From assembly GCA_934320655.1 (NCBI GenBank), contig CAKRFN010000001.1, positions 184,848 to 248,847 of the forward strand: a stretch of 64,000 nucleotides of DNA, written 5' to 3'. This stretch comes from an uncultured Eubacterium sp. (GTDB lineage: Bacteria; Bacillota; Clostridia; Lachnospirales; Lachnospiraceae). Shown piece after piece: positions 21,312 to 30,259 of the stretch. How positions within the stretch are numbered: the stretch's first letter is position 1; each line of letters starts with the position of its first letter. The notes beneath the pieces were generated by a model. The model was not told the DNA's origin, did not search any database, and saw only the letters and a list, made by a program, of their open reading frames with translations. The translations under genes and the position numbers were made by a program.

Positions 21312-21731
21312 ATGGTTGAAATTATTGCTGGTGAAAAAGGTAAAGGAAAGACAAAATATTTATTGGATAAGGTAAACGAATCAGTAAAATCCGCATCCGG
21401 TAACATCGTATATCTGGATAAGAGCCAGAAACATATGTATGAGCTGAGTAACAAGGTTCGTCTGATCAATGTAACAGACTTCCCGGTAACAAACTGTGAT
21501 GAATTCCTCGGATTTATCTGCGGTATCGTGTCACAGGATCACGATTTACAGGAAATGTATCTCGACAGTTTCCTGACGATTGCGAATGTAGAGGATGGAC
21601 AGATCAATCATGCGATCGAAAAGCTGGATATTATCAGCGAAAAATACAATGTAAAGTTTGTTCTGAGCGTATCCAGAAATGAAGCAGATCTTCCGGAATG
21701 TGCAAAGGCAAAGATCATCGTTTCTCTGTAA
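21312..21731 (+). CDS. Hypothetical 139-aa protein with an N-terminal Walker A-like P-loop
   Basis: GEKGKGKT fits G-x4-GK-T; strong RBS GCAGGAGGAG; followed by two hairpin terminators. Confidence 0.5.
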   Translation: MVEIIAGEKGKGKTKYLLDKVNESVKSASGNIVYLDKSQKHMYELSNKVRLINVTDFPVTNCDEFLGFICGIVSQDHDLQEMYLDSFLTIANVEDGQINHAIEKLDIISEKYNVKFVLSVSRNEADLPECAKAKIIVSL

Positions 21732-21750
21732 TAAATAAAAAATGAAATAT

Positions 21751-21775
21751 AAGGTGCCTATTTTTTAGGCACCTT
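21751..21775 (+). terminator. Rho-independent terminator after the Walker-A gene
   Basis: Perfect 10-bp stem AAGGTGCCTA / TAGGCACCTT with a TTTTT loop, then a T-rich tail. Confidence 0.6.
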
Positions 21776-21781
21776 ATTTCT

Positions 21782-21815
21782 TGTGACAGGAAAATCCTGT
21801 CACATGCAGTTTTTT
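21782..21815. terminator. Second hairpin plus T-run (bidirectional terminator between convergent genes)
   Basis: 9-bp stem TGTGACAGG / CCTGTCACA followed by TTTTTT at 21810-21815. Confidence 0.5.
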
Positions 21816-21825
21816 ATTATGTTTG

Positions 21826-22032
21826 TTATCCGATGGAACGGATACGGCCATAAGCGCTGATCAGATACAAACCGGCAATTCCTACCAATGCATAGATAAT
21901 GCGGGACAGCCAGGACATGTTTCCAAATAAAAAAGCAACGAGATCAAACTGGAAAAATCCAATCAGTCCCCAGTTGACTGCACCGATGATCACTAATGTG
22001 AGCAGGCAGTAATCCCAGAACTTTGAATTCAT
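21826..22032 (-). CDS. DUF378-family small membrane protein
   Basis: Two TM helices (LLTLVIIGAVNWGLIGFF ... IIYALVGIAGLYLI); AAGGAGG RBS 8 nt before the internal ATG, with an upstream GTG giving the longer ORF. Confidence 0.6.
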   Translation of the reverse strand: MNSKFWDYCLLTLVIIGAVNWGLIGFFQFDLVAFLFGNMSWLSRIIYALVGIAGLYLISAYGRIRSIG

Positions 22033-22107
22033 AATAAATACCTCCTTTTTCACATAGTATTCCTTTTTTTCGGAAAGCTATGCAAAAAATCAGAACAAAT
22101 TAGAGTA

Positions 22108-23499
22108 ATGAAAAAAAACAGTAAAATTATTAAATATCCAAAAACATTGAATATCAATATCGGCGTTGTGTTTTTTGCGCTTATTTTTATATATCTGCTA
22201 TTTAACGTATACTCTTATCTGACCGCCAAGCATGTGTCCTACTATGAGGTGGATACGGGCAGTATCCGCATCCAGACGACCTATACGGGACTGGCGCTGC
22301 GGGAGGAACAGCTGGTATATGCCGCAGAGGGCGGGTATGTCAATTATTACCTCAAGGACAATTCCCGTGCCAAACAGGGATCGTTGATCTGTTCGGTCGA
22401 TGAAAACGGCAATGTCGCCGATCAGATCGCACAGGCGGGCGGTAATGACAACTCACTGGACGCAGCCGCGTACCAGATGCTTGTCGAGCAAATGAAAGAT
22501 TACAGCAATTCCTACTCGGATACAGCCTTTTACAATACCTACACGTTTAAAAACGATTTACAGGCAGAATTGATGGAAGCAGTCAATCTGAGTGCACTCA
22601 GCTCCATGTCCGAATATGCTGCAAACGCAGAGGCGGACAAGACCTTCCACCGTGTGACGGCATCTGAGCCGGGGATCGTATCCTATTATTATGACGGATA
22701 CGAGGGTGTGACAGCCTCCAATTTTACCGTAGGAATGCTTGATGCCTCCGGCTATGAAAAGGACAACCGCAAGGCGGCAACACATATTGAGGCGGGAGAT
22801 CCGCTGTTCAAGCTGATCACATCGGAAAACTGGCAGATCGTATTTGCGATTGACGACGATTTAAAAGCCATGTTAGAAAATGATTCGGCCATAAAGGTTC
22901 GCTTCAAATCCGATGAGACGACTGCGTGGGCGACATATGAGATCCAGAACCGCGACGGGAACAATTATCTGATCCTGTCGTTTACAAACTCGATGATCCG
23001 CTACGCCTCCGAGCGTTTTATCGATGTCGAGCTGCTGCTGAACAGACAGAGCGGACTCAAGATTCCGAACCAGTCGATTGTGTCAAAATCGTTTTTCATT
23101 GTACCACAGGAATATTTCACGAAGGGTGGCAATTCCAATTCACTTGGTGTCTTGACCGAGACGACGGATGATGCGGGTGAAAAGGTACAGAAGTTTATCG
23201 CGACCAATATCTATGCATCCACGGAGGACAGTTATGATATTCATGAGGATGGTCTGGAAAAGGGCACGAAGATACTTAGTCCGTCCGGAGGAGACAGCTA
23301 TACGCTCAGTGATATGGAAGAACTGAAAGGTGTGTATAACATCAACAAGGGTTACGCCGTATTCCGTATTATTAAGATTATATATCAGAATGAAGATTAT
23401 ACGATCGTGGAGCGCGGCACAGATTATGGATTGTCGCTCTATGACCATATTGCACTCGACGGATCAATGATTACCGAAAACGAAATTATAAATGAATAG
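22108..23499 (+). CDS. Membrane-anchored HlyD-like protein (biotin-lipoyl-like plus beta-barrel adaptor fold), function unknown
   Basis: Single N-terminal TM; TGSIRIQTTYTGLALREEQLVYAAEGGYV hairpin/lipoyl-like region; C-terminal beta-rich domain; no partner ABC/RND transporter in the window. Confidence 0.5.
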   Translation: MKKNSKIIKYPKTLNINIGVVFFALIFIYLLFNVYSYLTAKHVSYYEVDTGSIRIQTTYTGLALREEQLVYAAEGGYVNYYLKDNSRAKQGSLICSVDENGNVADQIAQAGGNDNSLDAAAYQMLVEQMKDYSNSYSDTAFYNTYTFKNDLQAELMEAVNLSALSSMSEYAANAEADKTFHRVTASEPGIVSYYYDGYEGVTASNFTVGMLDASGYEKDNRKAATHIEAGDPLFKLITSENWQIVFAIDDDLKAMLENDSAIKVRFKSDETTAWATYEIQNRDGNNYLILSFTNSMIRYASERFIDVELLLNRQSGLKIPNQSIVSKSFFIVPQEYFTKGGNSNSLGVLTETTDDAGEKVQKFIATNIYASTEDSYDIHEDGLEKGTKILSPSGGDSYTLSDMEELKGVYNINKGYAVFRIIKIIYQNEDYTIVERGTDYGLSLYDHIALDGSMITENEIINE

Positions 23500-23510
23500 G
23501 AGAGAAAATC

Positions 23511-24206
23511 ATGTTAAAAGATAATTTAAAGCAGGTAGAGGACAATATTGCAAAGGCATGTGCACGTGCCGGCAGAGACCGTTCGGAGGTGACTCTGATC
23601 GCCGTCAGCAAAACCAAACCGGTAGAAATGCTTCAGGAGATCTATGACGAGGGCGTGCGGACGTTCGGAGAGAATAAAGTACAGGAAATCTGTGAGAAAT
23701 ATGAGCAGCTTCCGAGTGACATTGAATGGCATATGATCGGACATCTGCAGCGCAACAAGGTAAAGCAGGTGATCGATAAGGCAGCGTTGATTCATTCAGT
23801 GGATTCCTACCGTCTGGCACAGGAGATCAGCGTGCAGGCACAGAAAAAAAATATTTGTATGCCGATTCTCGTAGAGGTCAATATTGCGCAGGAGGAGAGT
23901 AAATTCGGCATCTCTGCGGATGACACGGTACAGCTTGTGGAGGAGATCGCTGCGCTGCCGAATCTGGAAATCAAGGGGCTGATGACGATTGCTCCGTTTG
24001 TGACAGATCCGGAGGAAAACCGCACGTATTTTCGGCAAATCAAACAATTATCTGTTGACATAAAAAACAAAAACATTGATAATGTAAGTATGGATGTCCT
24101 GTCTATGGGTATGACCGGTGATTATGAGGTTGCCATCGAGGAGGGCGCGACGATGGTTCGTGTGGGAACCGGTATTTTCGGCGCACGTAACTACGCAAAC
24201 AAATAA
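23511..24206 (+). CDS. yggS: YggS/PLPBP-family pyridoxal-phosphate homeostasis protein (YlmE)
   Basis: AVSKTKP lysine motif and alanine-racemase-like TIM barrel; precedes sepF. Confidence 0.85.
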   Translation: MLKDNLKQVEDNIAKACARAGRDRSEVTLIAVSKTKPVEMLQEIYDEGVRTFGENKVQEICEKYEQLPSDIEWHMIGHLQRNKVKQVIDKAALIHSVDSYRLAQEISVQAQKKNICMPILVEVNIAQEESKFGISADDTVQLVEEIAALPNLEIKGLMTIAPFVTDPEENRTYFRQIKQLSVDIKNKNIDNVSMDVLSMGMTGDYEVAIEEGATMVRVGTGIFGARNYANK

Positions 24207-24262
24207 GCAGATAAACGAATACAAAACGAATACAGACAGCACAGGATAGGAGTATATAGATC

Positions 24263-24781
24263 ATGGGAGTATTTGATGGATTTTTAAATATGATGCGTCT
24301 CGGGCCGGACGATGATGATGATTTTTATGATGACGGCTACGAAGACGAAGTAGAAGAAAAGCCCAAGGCATCTGCCCGCAGCATTGCAAAGAGCAGTGTG
24401 GATGTGTCGGAGCCTGAGCCGGTGATCGATCGCCGTCCAAAGGAAAAGACGCAGAACAAGATCACACCGATGCGCAGTTCTTCCAGACGCGCACAGACAT
24501 CCGGTGGCATGGAGGTATGTGTCATCAAGCCGACGACCTTTGATGAGTCGCGTGAGATCACGGAGACACTGCTTGCCAACCGTACCGTTGTCCTGAACGT
24601 TGAGGGACTGGATGTCGATATTGCACAGCGGATCATCGATTTTACATCCGGTTCATGCTTTGCGATCAACGGCAATCTTCAGAAGATCTCAAATTACATA
24701 TTTATCATCACACCGGAGAGTGTAGATATATCTGGTGATTTCCAGTCATTGATGGATAGCTTTGATATTTCAGGAATTTAA
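24263..24781 (+). CDS. sepF: Cell division protein SepF
   Basis: C-terminal SepF domain VCVIKPTTFDESREITETLL...VVLNVEGLD...FAINGNLQKIS; acidic N-terminal region. Confidence 0.85.
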   Translation: MGVFDGFLNMMRLGPDDDDDFYDDGYEDEVEEKPKASARSIAKSSVDVSEPEPVIDRRPKEKTQNKITPMRSSSRRAQTSGGMEVCVIKPTTFDESREITETLLANRTVVLNVEGLDVDIAQRIIDFTSGSCFAINGNLQKISNYIFIITPESVDISGDFQSLMDSFDISGI

Positions 24782-24805
24782 GGAATTTGTAAATAAAAAT
24801 CATGA

Positions 24806-25579
24806 ATGAAAATTATGAATGAAGAAGCGTTATATATCAGTAAACGCCTGATAGATCTGTCCAGACAGGCGCAGCGAAAAGGGATCGTGCTGTTTAGTGA
24901 TTTCCTGTCGCTGAATGAACAGACGATCTTACAACAGAACAAGGATCTGCTGGAGTCTTCCTATGAGATGTCCGGTGGGTACGAATATGCAGAGCGTCAG
25001 ATGGTAGCCTTTATCCCTGATGCTCTCTTTTATGAGTGGGATTATCCGATGAAATGTGTACGCGTCCTTCCGGCATATCCAAAGTTTGCAGAAAACCTTT
25101 CGCATCGGGATGTGTTGGGTGCGCTCATGAGTCTTGGTATCGAACGCAGCCGGATCGGAGATCTGATCGTCAATGATCGGGCAAAGGAGAGTGAAATATT
25201 TTTCTTCGCGGAAGATGGGATCACGCCATACATTATGGATACGCTGACCTCCATCCGTCACACGGTCGTGACGCTGGAACTTCTGGATGATTACCGGATC
25301 GATTACGTTCCGCATTTTCAGGAGAAAGAGGCGATCGTCACTTCGAACCGTCTGGATGCTGTCATTGCAGCGATTTGTAAAATATCCAGATCGGCGTCCC
25401 TGCGGTTGATTCAGGAGGGCAAGATTTTTGTGAACGGAGCAGAAAGTTTACATAATACTTATTATTGTAAACAAGGCGACGTTTTATCAATCCGTGGGTT
25501 TGGAAAAGTACGTTTTGGCGAGACACTCGGAGTGACCAAAAAAGACCGTATCCGGTTTTCGTACCAGCTCTTTGATTAA
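24806..25579 (+). CDS. ylmH: YlmH-family S4-domain RNA-binding protein
   Basis: C-terminal S4-like domain; position after sepF as in the Bacillus ylm cluster. Confidence 0.7.
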   Translation: MKIMNEEALYISKRLIDLSRQAQRKGIVLFSDFLSLNEQTILQQNKDLLESSYEMSGGYEYAERQMVAFIPDALFYEWDYPMKCVRVLPAYPKFAENLSHRDVLGALMSLGIERSRIGDLIVNDRAKESEIFFFAEDGITPYIMDTLTSIRHTVVTLELLDDYRIDYVPHFQEKEAIVTSNRLDAVIAAICKISRSASLRLIQEGKIFVNGAESLHNTYYCKQGDVLSIRGFGKVRFGETLGVTKKDRIRFSYQLFD

Positions 25580-25669
25580 ATATCCGCTCATCGGGGAAAC
25601 GTGGACTGGTAAAGCGGATGGCTACGGGGAATTTTTATATCGAGTTTATATCGGGAAAGGAAGTAAAAG

Positions 25670-26764
25670 ATGCGAAAAGAGATTGATGTCCATTATGAAG
25701 GAGCGCATTGCTACTATATTACGTTAAACAGTACGTTTGAGTCTCTGTGCAGCGATCTGGCAGACGCGCTCGGAGCGGATCAAAGCCGAAAAGTCTGCAT
25801 TGTATCGGATTCAAACGTGGCAAAAATATACTTAAATAAGATCGAGCAGATCTTAAAGCCGCAATATCCGCAAGTTTTTTCGTTTGTTTTTGATGCCGGA
25901 GAGCAAAGCAAAAACATGGATACTGTACAGAAATTATATGAGCATTTAATAATTAACAAATTTGACCGCCATGATTTTCTCATTGCACTTGGTGGTGGAG
26001 TCGTTGGAGATCTGACCGGTTTCACAGCAGCGACCTATCTGCGTGGGATTGACTTCGTCCAGATACCGACTTCGCTGCTGGCGCAGGTGGATTCGAGCAT
26101 CGGAGGCAAGACCGGCGTTGATTTTCAGCAGTACAAAAACATGGTCGGCGCTTTTTACCAGCCGAAGCTCGTCTATATGAGCATGGAGGTGTTTGATTCG
26201 CTTCCGGATCAGCAGTTTGCAAACGGCATGGCAGAGGAGCTCAAGCATGGTCTGATCAAAGACCGCGATTACTATATGTGGATGAGGGATCACCGGACAG
26301 AGATTTTACAGAAAGCACCGGAGACCATGATCGGAATGTTGGACATCGGCTGTAACATCAAGCGCGTGGTTGTTGAGAATGACCCGAAGGAAAAAGGAGA
26401 GCGCGCGCTGCTCAATTTCGGTCATACGATCGGACATGCCGTTGAAAAATTATCCGATTTTCAGCTGTATCATGGGGAATGTGTAGCGATCGGCATGGTG
26501 GCTGCCGTCTATCTTTCCGTCAAAAAGGGCTGTTTATCATCCGAGGAACTGCTGGAGCTGGAACAGGTGCTGCGTGACTATAAACTGCCGACACGGATTC
26601 ACGGATACGATGCGGCGCAGATTCTCGCAACCACGAAATCCGATAAGAAAATGATCGGCGGAAAAGTGAAATTTACCCTGCTGCGCGCATTTGGAGATGC
26701 TTACTCAGATCTGTCCCTGACCGACGAGGATCTGCTTGAAGCGATTAACTATGTATTGGAGTGA
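25670..26764 (+). CDS. aroB: 3-dehydroquinate synthase
   Basis: LGGGVVGDLTGF and DSSIGGKTGVDF motifs; metal-binding histidines. Confidence 0.9.
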   Translation: MRKEIDVHYEGAHCYYITLNSTFESLCSDLADALGADQSRKVCIVSDSNVAKIYLNKIEQILKPQYPQVFSFVFDAGEQSKNMDTVQKLYEHLIINKFDRHDFLIALGGGVVGDLTGFTAATYLRGIDFVQIPTSLLAQVDSSIGGKTGVDFQQYKNMVGAFYQPKLVYMSMEVFDSLPDQQFANGMAEELKHGLIKDRDYYMWMRDHRTEILQKAPETMIGMLDIGCNIKRVVVENDPKEKGERALLNFGHTIGHAVEKLSDFQLYHGECVAIGMVAAVYLSVKKGCLSSEELLELEQVLRDYKLPTRIHGYDAAQILATTKSDKKMIGGKVKFTLLRAFGDAYSDLSLTDEDLLEAINYVLE

Positions 26765-26769
26765 TAAAA

Positions 26770-27315
26770 ATGGAGCATACAAACAATAACAGCTGCGTGC
26801 GGAGCTATGTCATCGGGGCAGTCATCGCCGCAGCCATGATTTTTCTCGATCAGGTGACAAAGCTGCTCGCTGTGTCAAAATTAAAAAATCAGGATGCGTT
26901 TGTGATCTTGAAAGGTGTCTTTGAACTGCATTATCTGGAAAACCGTGGTGCGGCATTCGGTGTGATGCAGGGCAAAAAGATTTTTTTTGTCGTAATCACA
27001 ATCATAATGGTACTGTTTTTGATCTATGCATACGGCAGGCTGCCCGCAGAAAAGCGTTTTTTCCCGCTGCACGGCATCTGTATCACGTTATTTGCCGGTG
27101 CAATCGGCAATTTTATTGACCGCATCGTCCATAATTATGTGATCGATTTCTTTTATTTTTCACTGATCGATTTTCCGATCTTTAACGTTGCGGATATCTA
27201 TGTGACCTGTGCGGTTGCATTGTTTGTTATTTTGTTTTTGTTCTATTATAAAGAAACGGATCTGGATCGCCTGTCTGCCTTGATTTTTCACCGCAGCAGG
27301 ACACGGGAGCAGTAA
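26770..27315 (+). CDS. lspA: Lipoprotein signal peptidase (signal peptidase II)
   Basis: ENRGAAFG and NVAD motifs; four TM segments; ATG 26770 preferred over the overlapping GTG 26761. Confidence 0.85.
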   Translation: MEHTNNNSCVRSYVIGAVIAAAMIFLDQVTKLLAVSKLKNQDAFVILKGVFELHYLENRGAAFGVMQGKKIFFVVITIIMVLFLIYAYGRLPAEKRFFPLHGICITLFAGAIGNFIDRIVHNYVIDFFYFSLIDFPIFNVADIYVTCAVALFVILFLFYYKETDLDRLSALIFHRSRTREQ

Positions 27316-27327
27316 CAGGAGCACACG

Positions 27328-28260
27328 ATGAATGAATCGGTAATTGCAAATTTTGAAGTAACCTATGAATATGAAAACGAACGACTGGATAAGTTCTTAG
27401 CCGCCATATTTCCCGAGCGGTCAAGAACTTATTTTTCAAAGCTGATCAAGGATGGCCACGTGACGATGGATCAGAAGGTGCTGAAGGCGAACTACCGCCT
27501 GCACACGGATGATCTCATCACCGTGGAAACACCGCCTGCCGAACGTGTAGAGATTCTGCCGGAAAATATACCGCTTGACATTCTGTATGAGGATGCGGCA
27601 TTGTTAGTCGTCAATAAACCAAAGGGCATGGTCGTCCATCCGTCTGCCGGACATTACAGCGGGACGCTGGTGAACGCCGTCATGTACCACTGTGGGGATG
27701 AGCTCAGCGGGATCAACGGCGTTGTCCGCCCCGGAATCGTACACCGGATCGATAAGGATACGACCGGCTCGCTTATTATCTGTAAAACAGATGCGGCGCA
27801 TATACACATCGCGGAGCAGATCAAAAACCATTCCTGCAACCGCAGATACCGCGGGATCGTTGTGGGTAATGTTGCAGAAGATCACGGTACGGTGACAGGT
27901 GCGATCGGCCGTGATCCCAAGGATCGCAAAAAAATGGCAATCAATGAAAAAAACGGCAAACCTGCGGTCACACATTATACGGTTTTGGAGCGTTTTGGAA
28001 ATTATACTTATATGGAATTTGCCTTAGAGACCGGCAGGACGCACCAGATCCGCGTACACATGGCGAGTATCGGGCATCCGCTGCTCGGTGATGAGGTGTA
28101 CGGCGGCAGGCATGTGAGTGGCAAATGGCATTTGCAGGGTCAGACACTACATGCAATGCATTTAGGATTTATTCACCCGACAACCGGTGAATTTTTAGAA
28201 ATCAATGCAGAATTGCCAGAATATTTCGAAAAAATATTAGCGGAATTGCGTCGAAAGTGA
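27328..28260 (+). CDS. rluD: 23S rRNA pseudouridine synthase, RluD subfamily
   Basis: N-terminal S4 domain; catalytic motif HRIDKDTTGSLIICKTD. Confidence 0.85.
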   Translation: MNESVIANFEVTYEYENERLDKFLAAIFPERSRTYFSKLIKDGHVTMDQKVLKANYRLHTDDLITVETPPAERVEILPENIPLDILYEDAALLVVNKPKGMVVHPSAGHYSGTLVNAVMYHCGDELSGINGVVRPGIVHRIDKDTTGSLIICKTDAAHIHIAEQIKNHSCNRRYRGIVVGNVAEDHGTVTGAIGRDPKDRKKMAINEKNGKPAVTHYTVLERFGNYTYMEFALETGRTHQIRVHMASIGHPLLGDEVYGGRHVSGKWHLQGQTLHAMHLGFIHPTTGEFLEINAELPEYFEKILAELRRK

Positions 28261-28302
28261 TATAATACAATTACAAAATGTACTTTGAAAGGACGTGATT
28301 CT

Positions 28303-28929
28303 ATGGCAAAAATTATTTATACCATCGGACGAGAATTTGGAAGCGGAGGAAAGGATGTTGGACAGAAGCTGGCTGAAAAGCTGGGTATTCCGTTTTACGA
28401 TAAAGAGCTTTTGACACGTGCAGCAGCGGAAAGCGGGCTGTGTGAGGAGATTTTCCATATGCAGGATGAGAAGCCGACGAGCAGCTTTTTGTATTCGCTC
28501 GTGACAGACACTTATTCGTTCAGCAATTACCACGGAAATACTACCTATATGGATATGCCGCTCAGCCAGAAAGTATTTCTGGCGCAATTTGACACGATCA
28601 AGCGAATCGCAGCCGAAGGCTCCTGTGTGATCGTCGGCCGGTGTGCGGACTATGCATTATCGGAAGAACCGAACTGCATCAATGCATTTATTTACGCAGA
28701 CAAAAACTATCGGATCAAGCGCGTGGCACATGATCTGGGCGTTTCCGAATCCAAGGCAAAGGATATGATCAACCGCACAGACAAAGAGCGTGCCAGCTAC
28801 TACAATTTCTATACAAATAAGAAATGGGGCGATTCCCGCAGCTATGATCTGGCATTAAACAGCGAGAAGCTGGGAATCGACGGATGTGTGGATATGCTGA
28901 TCCGTTTTGCGGACATCAATCATCAATAA
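28303..28929 (+). CDS. Cytidylate kinase-like family protein
   Basis: IIYTIGREFGSGGKDVGQKLAEKLGIPFYDKE; start at ATG 28303 after AAAGGA. Confidence 0.7.
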   Translation: MAKIIYTIGREFGSGGKDVGQKLAEKLGIPFYDKELLTRAAAESGLCEEIFHMQDEKPTSSFLYSLVTDTYSFSNYHGNTTYMDMPLSQKVFLAQFDTIKRIAAEGSCVIVGRCADYALSEEPNCINAFIYADKNYRIKRVAHDLGVSESKAKDMINRTDKERASYYNFYTNKKWGDSRSYDLALNSEKLGIDGCVDMLIRFADINHQ

Positions 28930-29659
28930 CAGGCCAATCCGATAACCGTGCATTTGTAATGGCATGGAAAAATCTTTTTTTCACACCCGGATTGTCCCGA
29001 TTGATCTGACGGACCAGTTGTTTGACATATTCCCGTCGGGTCGAACCGTCCGCCGGACAGTCATTTTTTCTGACCGGTAACTGATAGCGGTTCTTGAAAC
29101 CGATCACATCAGATTCTGATACATACATGAGCGGACGGATCACGGTGAGACCGGAACGGTCAAGATTGGTGACTGGAGGAAACGCATAGAAGTTTCCCTC
29201 GTAGATCATAGATAAAAACATTGTTTCTATGATATCGTCCATATGATGCGCATAGGCGACCTTATTACAGCCAAGCTCCAAAGCAGCCGTATTTAAGGCA
29301 CCTTTGCGCATCTTTGCACATAAGGAGCACGGCGCGTGTTCCTTGCGTTCCTCAAAGACGATTTTCCCAATCTGTGTAGGTACGACCTGATAAGGAACCT
29401 GCAGCTTCTGACAAAGCGTCCGGATCTGTGAATCGTCGTTCGGTGTATCTGTGTCACTGGGTGCAAAACCAAGATCCACACAGATGGCGGTCAATTCAAA
29501 GGCATGCGGATAAAAGTTACGCAGACCCGCAAGTGCATATAATAAAGTCAGCGAATCCTTGCCGCCGGAAATACCTATGGCAATTTTATCACCGGTATCG
29601 ATCATGTGATAATCGTCGATCGCACGGCGTACCTGACTGTAGAGTTGTTGAAGCTTCAT
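28916..29659 (-). CDS. ttcA: PP-loop ATPase, TtcA-like tRNA 2-thiocytidine biosynthesis protein
   Basis: PP-loop GISGGKDS; Cys motifs CSLCAKMRKG. Confidence 0.75.
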   Translation of the reverse strand: MKLQQLYSQVRRAIDDYHMIDTGDKIAIGISGGKDSLTLLYALAGLRNFYPHAFELTAICVDLGFAPSDTDTPNDDSQIRTLCQKLQVPYQVVPTQIGKIVFEERKEHAPCSLCAKMRKGALNTAALELGCNKVAYAHHMDDIIETMFLSMIYEGNFYAFPPVTNLDRSGLTVIRPLMYVSESDVIGFKNRYQLPVRKNDCPADGSTRREYVKQLVRQINRDNPGVKKRFFHAITNARLSDWPVIDD

Positions 29660-29710
29660 AGGGCAGTTCCTTTCTAACTATTCGCAAAAGTCTAGTTTAA
29701 CGAAAAGTTA

Positions 29711-30157
29711 CTAGCATAGTTCCGCAGAGTCCAGAATAATCGTAAACGGACCGTCATTAAGCAGTTCCACCTTCATATCAGCGCCAAATGAGCCAGTTTC
29801 GACCGGAAACTGTGTGCGGCACTGTGCAATGATATATTCGTACAGTTCGTTGGCAAGCGTCGGATTGCCGGCATTTGTAAAGGATGGACGATTTCCTTTG
29901 CGGCAGTCTGCATACAATGTGAACTGGCTGACTAACAGTAACTGTCCATCGACGTCGCGCAGCGATAGATTTGTTTTTCCGTTTTCATCCTCAAAGATGC
30001 GAAGTCCTAACAGCTTTTTGATCAGCCTATCAGCGATCTCTTTCGTATCGGTTTCCGCGATACCAATCAATACCAAAAAGCCTCTCCCGATTTTTCCGAT
30101 GACTTGATCTTCTACTGTCACAGATGCATGTGATACTTTCTGAATGACAAATTTCAT
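29711..30157 (-). CDS. dtd: D-aminoacyl-tRNA deacylase
   Basis: N-terminus [13 protein letters not shown]..., GLLVLIGI core and SQFTLYAD C-terminal motif. Confidence 0.9.
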   Translation of the reverse strand: MKFVIQKVSHASVTVEDQVIGKIGRGFLVLIGIAETDTKEIADRLIKKLLGLRIFEDENGKTNLSLRDVDGQLLLVSQFTLYADCRKGNRPSFTNAGNPTLANELYEYIIAQCRTQFPVETGSFGADMKVELLNDGPFTIILDSAELC

Positions 30158-30259
30158 AATTCCTTTGTTCCTTTCTCTTTGCTTTCCGGCAAAAATGCGT
30201 TAAACTAAGTATAAGGTTTTTACCTGATGGATGCAAGAAAAAAGGAGTAACTGTCTGCT

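Noticed and set aside
21312-22032. Toxin-antitoxin pair (small P-loop protein plus DUF378)
   Set aside because: The genes are convergent and separated by terminators rather than forming an operon. DUF378 is a widespread membrane protein with no TA association, and I see no antitoxin-like DNA-binding partner.
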